Assembly: GCF_034670005.1 (NCBI RefSeq)
Contig: NZ_JAXMOH010000006.1
Coordinates: 114,601-178,600 of the forward strand
Reading direction: 5' to 3'
Length of the DNA stretch: 64,000 bases
Source: Thalassovita sp.
Lineage (GTDB): Bacteria > Pseudomonadota > Alphaproteobacteria > Rhodobacterales > Rhodobacteraceae
Below, piece after piece: positions 58,552 through 64,000 of this stretch. Position 1 is the stretch's first letter. Every line of letters starts with the position of its first letter. A model generated the notes under the pieces. That model did not search any database, was not told the origin of the DNA, and saw nothing but the letters and a program-made list of their open reading frames with translations. A program made the position numbers and the translations under genes.

Positions 58552-60111
58552 ATGCTCAGAAAAATCTTCACAACCACAGCCGCCGTGGCCCTGTCCGCAG
58601 GGGCGGCCAGCGCCGACTATTCACTGACCATTCTTCATACCAACGATTTCCATGCCCGTTTTGAACCGATCTCGAAATACGATTCGGGCTGTTCGTCAGA
58701 GGACAATACCGAAGGCAAATGTTTCGGTGGCTCGGCCCGGCTGATGACCGCGATCGACGCGGCCCGGTCGCGGAGCAACAATTCGATCCTCGTCGATGGC
58801 GGCGATCAGTTCCAGGGCACGCTGTTTTATACTTATTACAAAGGCAAGCTCGCTGCCGAGATGATGAACAAGATGCGCTATGACGCGATGACCGTGGGCA
58901 ACCACGAATTCGACGATGGCCCCGAAGTTCTGCGCGGTTTCATGGATGCGGTCGATTTTCCGGTCCTGATGTCCAATGCCGACGTGTCTGGCGAAGACAT
59001 GCTGGCCGGCAAGCTGGCGAAATCGACGGTGATCGAACGCGGCGGTGAAAAGCTGGGCCTGATCGGGCTGACGCCGCATGACACGCCCGAATTGTCCAGC
59101 CCCGGCCCCAATATCGTCTTCACCGATCCGGTGGACGCGGTGCAGGGCGAGGTCGACAAGCTGACCGGCATGGGCGTCAACAAGATCATTGTGCTGTCGC
59201 ATTCGGGTTATAATGTCGACAAGAATGTCGCCGCCGGAACCACCGGCGTCGACGTGATCGTCGGCGGCCATTCCAACACCTATCTTTCCAACACCTCGGA
59301 TCGGGCCGAAGGCCCATACCCGACGATGGTGGGCGATACGGCGATCGTATCGGCTTATGCCTATGGCAAGTTCCTGGGTGAATTGAACGTCACCTTCGAC
59401 GATACCGGCAAGGTCTTGGAGGCCAAGGGCGAACCGATCATCATGGACGCCGGCGTTGCCGAGGAGGAAGCGACCAAGGCCCGCATCGCCGAGGCCGCCA
59501 TTCCGCTGGATGAAATCCGCAACAAGGTTGTGGCCGAAGCCGCCGGGGAAATCATCGGCGCCAAGACGGAATGCCGCGCGATGGAATGCCCGATGGGCAA
59601 TCTGGTCGCCGACGCGATGCTGGACCGGGTTAAGGCTCAGGGCATCCAGATCGCGATCCAGAACGGTGGTGGGCTGCGCGCTTCGATTGACGCCGGTCCG
59701 GTGACGATGGGCGAGGTTTTGACTGTGCTGCCGTTCCAGAACACGCTGTCCACCTTCCACGTGACCGGCGCGACGATTCTTGCGGCGCTTGAAAACGGGG
59801 TCAGCCAGATCGAAGACGGCGCCGGCCGGTTCCCGCAGGTGGCGGGGATGAGCTTTGCGTTTGACAAATCGCAGCCTGTCGGCAGCCGGATTTCCGATGT
59901 GATGATCGGCGGCGAACCGCTGGACATGGAAAAGGTCTATGGCGCGGTGTCGAACAACTTCGTCCGCAACGGTGGCGATGGCTACGCGATGTTCCGCGAC
60001 GCGATGAACGTCTATGACTTCGGCCCCGACCTCGCCGATGTGACTGCCGAATTCCTGGCCAAGGATGGCGCGTACCAGCCTTACACGGATGGCCGGATCG
60101 TTTCGAAGTAA
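58552..60111 (+). CDS. secreted bifunctional metallophosphatase / 5'-nucleotidase (UshA-like)
   Basis: Signal peptide, ILHTNDFH, GGDQFQG and GNHEFD motifs, and a C-terminal 5'-nucleotidase domain. Confidence 0.9.
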   Translation: MLRKIFTTTAAVALSAGAASADYSLTILHTNDFHARFEPISKYDSGCSSEDNTEGKCFGGSARLMTAIDAARSRSNNSILVDGGDQFQGTLFYTYYKGKLAAEMMNKMRYDAMTVGNHEFDDGPEVLRGFMDAVDFPVLMSNADVSGEDMLAGKLAKSTVIERGGEKLGLIGLTPHDTPELSSPGPNIVFTDPVDAVQGEVDKLTGMGVNKIIVLSHSGYNVDKNVAAGTTGVDVIVGGHSNTYLSNTSDRAEGPYPTMVGDTAIVSAYAYGKFLGELNVTFDDTGKVLEAKGEPIIMDAGVAEEEATKARIAEAAIPLDEIRNKVVAEAAGEIIGAKTECRAMECPMGNLVADAMLDRVKAQGIQIAIQNGGGLRASIDAGPVTMGEVLTVLPFQNTLSTFHVTGATILAALENGVSQIEDGAGRFPQVAGMSFAFDKSQPVGSRISDVMIGGEPLDMEKVYGAVSNNFVRNGGDGYAMFRDAMNVYDFGPDLADVTAEFLAKDGAYQPYTDGRIVSK

Positions 60112-60134
60112 GCGCGGGACCATTCAGAAGACAG

Positions 60135-60165
60135 AACGCGCGCGGTTTTCCGCGCGCGTTTTTTT
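60135..60165 (+). terminator. intrinsic terminator after the 5'-nucleotidase gene
   Basis: AACGCGCGCGG-TTTT-CCGCGCGCGTT followed by TTTTT. Confidence 0.85.
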
Positions 60166-60181
60166 GTGGGCCGGTAGGGCG

Positions 60182-60730
60182 TCAAATCTGCGTCAGAACC
60201 TCTGCCGTCGTCGCCACCTTGGCATATGACATCGCCAACGGTGCCATGAAGGCGGCCTGTACCATTTCCGGCGGCACGGTGATGTCACCGAAAGTGGCTT
60301 CTTTCGCGCCGCAGGCATCAAAGGGCAGGGTCACCTTGAACCCGTAATCCACCGCCGCCCGGGTGGTAGCATCGACGCACATTTGGCTTTGCGCACCGCA
60401 GATTATCAGCGCCTCGATCTCGTCTCGGCGCAGCAGATCCAGCAGACCGGTTTGGTGGAAACTGTTGGGCCGGTTTTTTGTCAGCACAGTTTCGTCTGCT
60501 GTTGGGGTAACGCTGGCATGGATTTCGGCGCCTTCAGACCCGGGCTGAAAAAACGGGGCTCCGGGGGCGGTTTCGTGACGGATATGGATCACGGTCATGC
60601 CGGTTTCCCGGGCGCGGGCCAGCAACATGGCGGCATTTTCGGCCACTTTGTCCATCAGTGCCACGGGCCAATTCCCGGATGCGAAATAATCGTTCTGGAT
60701 GTCCACCAGGATCAGGGCGGTTTTGCTCAT
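60182..60730 (-). CDS. cysteine hydrolase / isochorismatase-family protein
   Basis: MSKTALILVDIQNDYF... and catalytic-Cys region ICGAQSQMCV. Start at internal ATG 60730. Confidence 0.85.
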   Translation of the reverse strand: MSKTALILVDIQNDYFASGNWPVALMDKVAENAAMLLARARETGMTVIHIRHETAPGAPFFQPGSEGAEIHASVTPTADETVLTKNRPNSFHQTGLLDLLRRDEIEALIICGAQSQMCVDATTRAAVDYGFKVTLPFDACGAKEATFGDITVPPEMVQAAFMAPLAMSYAKVATTAEVLTQI

Positions 60731-60796
60731 CTCAAGCTCCTTTTGTACAGATACAAGGTATATGGCGGCTGTTGACCCGCAGGACGATTGGCGCAT

Positions 60797-61744
60797 ATGA
60801 CCAATACTATGCAGAATCCGTCAAATCAAGATATGAGCGTCGCGCTGGTGGACTATCCCGGTGCGCAGGCCGCCGCGCTGTATGGGTTGGGTGATCTGTT
60901 CAAGGTCGCCAACCACTATGCCACGGGGCAGGGGCGGGTCGATGCTGTCCCGCTCAGGTCCCCGGGGACACAACTGTTCGACGTGGTGATCTTTCCGCCC
61001 AGCATGGACGGTGCCCGAGGAGAGGCCGACCATCCGCTGACGCAATGGGTGGCCGATCAGCACCAACGCGGCGCGCGGGTCTGTTCGGTTTGTGCCGGTG
61101 CGTTTTGGCTGGGCCATGCCGGGTTGTTGACTGGCCGACCCGCCACCACGCACTGGGCGCTTGAAGAAGAGTTTCGTACGGCTTTCCCGCAGGTGCGGCT
61201 GATTCCCGAACTGATTCTTGTCGATGACCACGATGTCGTGACGGCGGGCGGGCTGATGGCGTGGCTCGACCTGGGGCTGTTCCTGGTCGGGCTTTGGGGC
61301 GGACCACATCTGGTGTCACAGGTGGCGCGGCATCTGCTGGTCGATCCGTCGGGCCGCGAACAGCGAAATTATCGCAGCTTCCGGCCCCGGCGACAGCATG
61401 GCGATGCCGCGATCCTGCAGGTGCAGACCTGGCTTGAAGCGCAGTCGGGCGAGACCGTGACGGTCGAAGACATGGCCGCCCGCGCACAACTGAGCGACCG
61501 GACCTTTCTGCGCCGCTTCCAGACCGCGACCGGATTGTCGCCATCGGTTTATCTTCAACAGGTTCGGGTGGAAAAGGCACGTGGTTTGCTTGAACGCAGC
61601 CGCCTGCCGGTATCGCAGATCGGGTGGCAGGTGGGGTATGGCGACCCATCGGCCTTTGCCCGCGTTTTCAAGGCGATTACAGGGTTGTCCGCCGGCGAAT
61701 ACCGCCGCCGTTTCGGGACTCAGGCGATGCCCCGGGACGATTGA
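60797..61744 (+). CDS. GlxA-family regulator (DJ-1/PfpI-like domain plus AraC HTH)
   Basis: VCSVCAGAFWLGHAGLL and a C-terminal AraC-type HTH (GYGDPSAFARVFK). Start uncertain: ATG 60797, 60809 or 60833. Confidence 0.82.
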   Translation: MTNTMQNPSNQDMSVALVDYPGAQAAALYGLGDLFKVANHYATGQGRVDAVPLRSPGTQLFDVVIFPPSMDGARGEADHPLTQWVADQHQRGARVCSVCAGAFWLGHAGLLTGRPATTHWALEEEFRTAFPQVRLIPELILVDDHDVVTAGGLMAWLDLGLFLVGLWGGPHLVSQVARHLLVDPSGREQRNYRSFRPRRQHGDAAILQVQTWLEAQSGETVTVEDMAARAQLSDRTFLRRFQTATGLSPSVYLQQVRVEKARGLLERSRLPVSQIGWQVGYGDPSAFARVFKAITGLSAGEYRRRFGTQAMPRDD

Positions 61745-61788
61745 GCGGAACAGCCATCGCTACGGTCGCGGTTCACCGATGCGGACGG

Positions 61789-61925
61789 AAAAAGACCGCG
61801 CGATTGCTCGCGCGGCCAGTCGGGTACGGGGAGAATTTGATCCAGCGCGGCCAGGGAGGAGGTAAAACCGCGGTAAGCGTGGGCTTGGTGGATCATCCGT
61901 CTGTATTCTAGAAAACGGATGGAAT
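61789..61925 (-). ncRNA. candidate small RNA with a CCUCCUCCC hairpin loop and intrinsic terminator (5' end approximate)
   Basis: Minus strand: hairpin 61894-61921; hairpin 61844-61874 with loop UUUUACCUCCUCCCUGG; terminator stem GGCCGCGCG/CGCGCGGUC at 61794-61817 followed by UUUUU (61789-61793). Confidence 0.35.
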
Positions 61926-62089
61926 CTGAATATGTTTAGCGATGCCGCCCGCGTCGGCAGACCGGTCGCGCCAGATGTGCGTAACGGCGGACCTTGGCCT
62001 GCACTCCCCTGTCAGCCAAACAGAGCAGAAACTGTCTGCGAGTGGCCTTGACGTTAAAATTTCGATGAAATAGGTAGTGGTCCTGTTGA

Positions 62090-62163
62090 GCGGGCGTTGT
62101 GTAGTGGTAAGACCTTAGCCTTCCAAGCTAATGACGCGGGTTCGATTCCCGCCGCCCGCTCCA
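62090..62163 (+). tRNA. tRNA-Gly (anticodon UCC), CCA encoded
   Basis: Acceptor GCGGGCG/CGCCCGC, anticodon arm TTAGC-CTTCCAA-GCTAA, T-arm GCGGG-TTCGATT-CCCGC; 74 nt. Confidence 0.9.
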
Positions 62164-62190
62164 AGTCATCACAAAATGACTTTGTTTTTT
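62164..62190 (+). terminator. stem-loop plus T-tract after tRNA-Gly
   Basis: AGTCAT-CACAAA-ATGACT followed by TTGTTTTTT. Confidence 0.6.
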
Positions 62191-62252
62191 CAAAACAAAT
62201 AGAGATCTGGCCCCGACCCATCCCCGATTTTAGTTCGCTGGGCTGATCGGGA

Positions 62253-62771
62253 TCACAACGACGCCGCAGCCCGGCTGGCCTGATCATACTGGCCGGATAA
62301 TGTTCTCAGGTTGCGGGCAACCTCGCGCAGCTCGGAGCCGTTGAAATCGGTAGGGCCGACCGCTTCAAGAAGGCATTGGCGGCGAATGTCGCGATAGGCA
62401 CGGCACAGGTCGGCACCGGTGGGGGAGGTCGAATAGAAGACTTCCTTGCCGCGCTTTTCCGATGTCACCAGCCCCGCCTTGAGCAGTTTGCGCAGCGCAT
62501 AGTTGACCGTGTGCGTGTCTTCGATGTTGAGCAGGAAACAGATGTCCGTGAGCCGCTTTTCGCGGTCGCGATGGTTCACGTTGTGCAGGATCAGGATGTC
62601 GAGAGGATTAAGGTCTGGCTGCCCCGCAGCCGTCATGCAACGGGTCATCCAGCGGCTGAAGGCGTTATAGGCGATGATCAGGCCGAATTCGTATTCCGAT
62701 ACTTCCCAGCCTTCGCCTTCGGCTAAGTGGCGCGAAGAAACGATTCTGCGGTTGTCCTGCGATCCGGTCAT
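62253..62771 (-). CDS. MarR-like winged-helix transcriptional regulator
   Basis: LNPLDILILHNVNHRDREKRLTDICFLLNIEDTHTVNYALRKLLKAGLV winged-helix. Divergent from the TRAP gene. Start at internal ATG 62771. Confidence 0.75.
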   Translation of the reverse strand: MTGSQDNRRIVSSRHLAEGEGWEVSEYEFGLIIAYNAFSRWMTRCMTAAGQPDLNPLDILILHNVNHRDREKRLTDICFLLNIEDTHTVNYALRKLLKAGLVTSEKRGKEVFYSTSPTGADLCRAYRDIRRQCLLEAVGPTDFNGSELREVARNLRTLSGQYDQASRAAASL

Positions 62772-62961
62772 CTTCAAGTCCTGCATTAAGTTTACATTTT
62801 GTATATAAATTACGCAGGAAATTGGTTTCAAACAAGGGAATGTTTGACCTCTTGGACTGGGAAGATTTCGCGCAATTTTTGTGTAACTAGCAGAATATCA
62901 AAGATTTAATTTTGACTTGGCGTGTGTTGTCTGCCGAGGCGTGGTCAGAGACATTGTGATA

Positions 62962-62986
62962 AAACGTTGACAAATCGTCATCGTTT
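62962..62986. promoter_or_regulatory. imperfect 25-bp palindrome AAACGtTGACaa-a-tcGTCAtCGTTT (candidate operator)
   Basis: Lies in the AT-rich divergent region, about 50-75 bp upstream of the TRAP substrate-binding gene. Confidence 0.4.
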
Positions 62987-63038
62987 GCCCGACCATGACA
63001 TCACCAAACGGTATTTCAAGTCCAACGGAGCAAGAAAA

Positions 63039-64000
63039 ATGACATTGATGAAAAAGATTGGCGGCGCCGTATTTGCCGTCGCCTGTGCCACGTTACCGGT
63101 TCATGCTGAATCCTGGGATATGCCGACGCCCTATCCCGACGCGACCTTCCACACCGCGAACATCCATGAATTCGCCAAGGACGTCGCCGACAAGACCGGA
63201 GGCGCGCTTGAAATCAAGGTGCATTCGGCGGGATCGCTGTTCAAGCATCCAGAAATCAGCAAGGCTGTTCGCAGCGGTCAGGTTCCGATCGGTGAATTCT
63301 TCCTGTCGCTGCTGAACAACGACAATCCCGCATTCGGCGCGGATTCACTACCATTCCTCGCGACCAGCTATGGCGACGCGGAAAAGCTTTGGACGGCCCA
63401 GAAAGACACCATCGACGCACTTCTCGACAAGCAGGGCCTGATGGCGCTTTATGCCGTGCCATGGCCGCCGCAAGGCCTGTACACGACCAAGGAAATCAAG
63501 ACCGTCGATGATCTGAAGGGGATGAAGTTCCGCACCTACAACGCGACGCTTGAACAGTTCGCGACGCTTGCGGGTGCCGCTCCGACGCAGGTCGAAGTAC
63601 CGGATATTCCGCAAGCCTTTACCACCGGCCGGGTAGAAGCCATGATCACCTCGCCGTCGACCGGTGCAAACTCGAAAGCGTGGGATTTCCTGTCGCACTA
63701 CACCGATATTCAGGCGTGGCTCCCGAAAAACATCGTCGTGGTGAACAAACGTTCGTTCCGCCGCCTGGATGATGCCACCCAGAAAGCCGTACTCGAAGCG
63801 GCAGCCGCCGCAGAAGCGCGCGGCTGGGAAATGAGCAAGGCGGAGACCGCCGCGAAGGTTGCCATTCTGAAAGAAAACGGCATCACCGTCGTCGAACCTT
63901 CCGCCGAACTTATGGCCGGCCTGAAGGCGATTGGGGCGCAGATGCTCGACGATTGGAAAGTCTCGGCCGGTGCAGAAGGCGAAACCCTTCTCAACGCGTA
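63039..64000 (+). CDS. TRAP transporter substrate-binding protein (DctP family); 3' end off the window
   Basis: Absent from the ORF track because no stop lies in the window. GGAG RBS. MTLMKKIGGAVFAVACATLPVHAESWDMPTPYPD...KFRTYNATLEQFA...ITSPSTG. Confidence 0.85.
   Translation, partial: MTLMKKIGGAVFAVACATLPVHAESWDMPTPYPDATFHTANIHEFAKDVADKTGGALEIKVHSAGSLFKHPEISKAVRSGQVPIGEFFLSLLNNDNPAFGADSLPFLATSYGDAEKLWTAQKDTIDALLDKQGLMALYAVPWPPQGLYTTKEIKTVDDLKGMKFRTYNATLEQFATLAGAAPTQVEVPDIPQAFTTGRVEAMITSPSTGANSKAWDFLSHYTDIQAWLPKNIVVVNKRSFRRLDDATQKAVLEAAAAAEARGWEMSKAETAAKVAILKENGITVVEPSAELMAGLKAIGAQMLDDWKVSAGAEGETLLNA

Noticed and set aside
61720-61896. About 59-codon minus-strand ORF (MIHQAHAYRGFTSSLAALDQILPV...) in the glxA/tRNA gap. 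Also the plus-strand GGGAGGAGG at 61854-61862 read as a Shine-Dalgarno.
   Set aside because: The ORF reads straight through two hairpins and a strong terminator and into the glxA 3' end, with no RBS. The plus-strand SD-like motif has no start codon at a usable distance: the nearest GTG is 16 nt away and gives a 10-codon ORF. The sRNA interpretation fits the structure better.
62090-62252. tRNA-Gly as the attachment site of a genomic island or prophage.
   Set aside because: There is no integrase, no direct repeat of the tRNA 3' end and no foreign-looking gene block on either side. The flanking genes are ordinary regulators and transporters.
62054-62287. 77-aa minus-strand ORF.
   Set aside because: It runs antisense through tRNA-Gly and its terminator, and it has no RBS and no coding signature.

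Overview
High-GC (roughly 60% by eye) alphaproteobacterial chromosome segment. Gene content and order are typical of Rhodobacterales / roseobacter-group bacteria: a Hint-domain protein, a TRAP transporter, hflKC-DUF2065-degP, and ftsY-eamA-ispZ. I call about 65 densely packed protein genes, one tRNA-Gly(UCC), several intrinsic terminators and a few intergenic repeats and palindromes. There is no rRNA, CRISPR array, transposase, integrase or phage gene. Recognisable blocks are: housekeeping genes (sdaA, rpiA, gor, hflKC, degP, purD, xseA, ftsY, glyA, nadK, pyrD); a translationally coupled nucleoside-salvage operon (cdd-deoA-deoB-add-upp); prpE and maeB; and a fatty-acid / short-chain acyl-CoA catabolic neighbourhood (fadJ-fadA-GST, a long acyl-CoA dehydrogenase, two MerR paralogues, two PaaI thioesterases). 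The ORF track marks GTG/TTG starts as M and contains many long antisense ORFs that are high-GC artefacts, so I re-derived several starts. The window looks like core chromosome, not an island, and I found no convincing multi-gene novel system. The items most worth follow-up are: (1) a stand-alone secreted heptahaem c-type cytochrome fused to TPR repeats; (2) a candidate small RNA with a CCUCCUCCC hairpin loop and an intrinsic terminator beside tRNA-Gly; (3) a cluster of TTTGCAAA palindromes upstream of prpE with no cognate regulator in the window; (4) a MITE-like element with 22-bp perfect terminal inverted repeats; (5) an orphan Phd/YefM-like gene with a perfect palindrome; (6) an uncharacterised 438-aa secreted protein. 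All functional calls rest on motif recognition from the translations, because no database search was possible.
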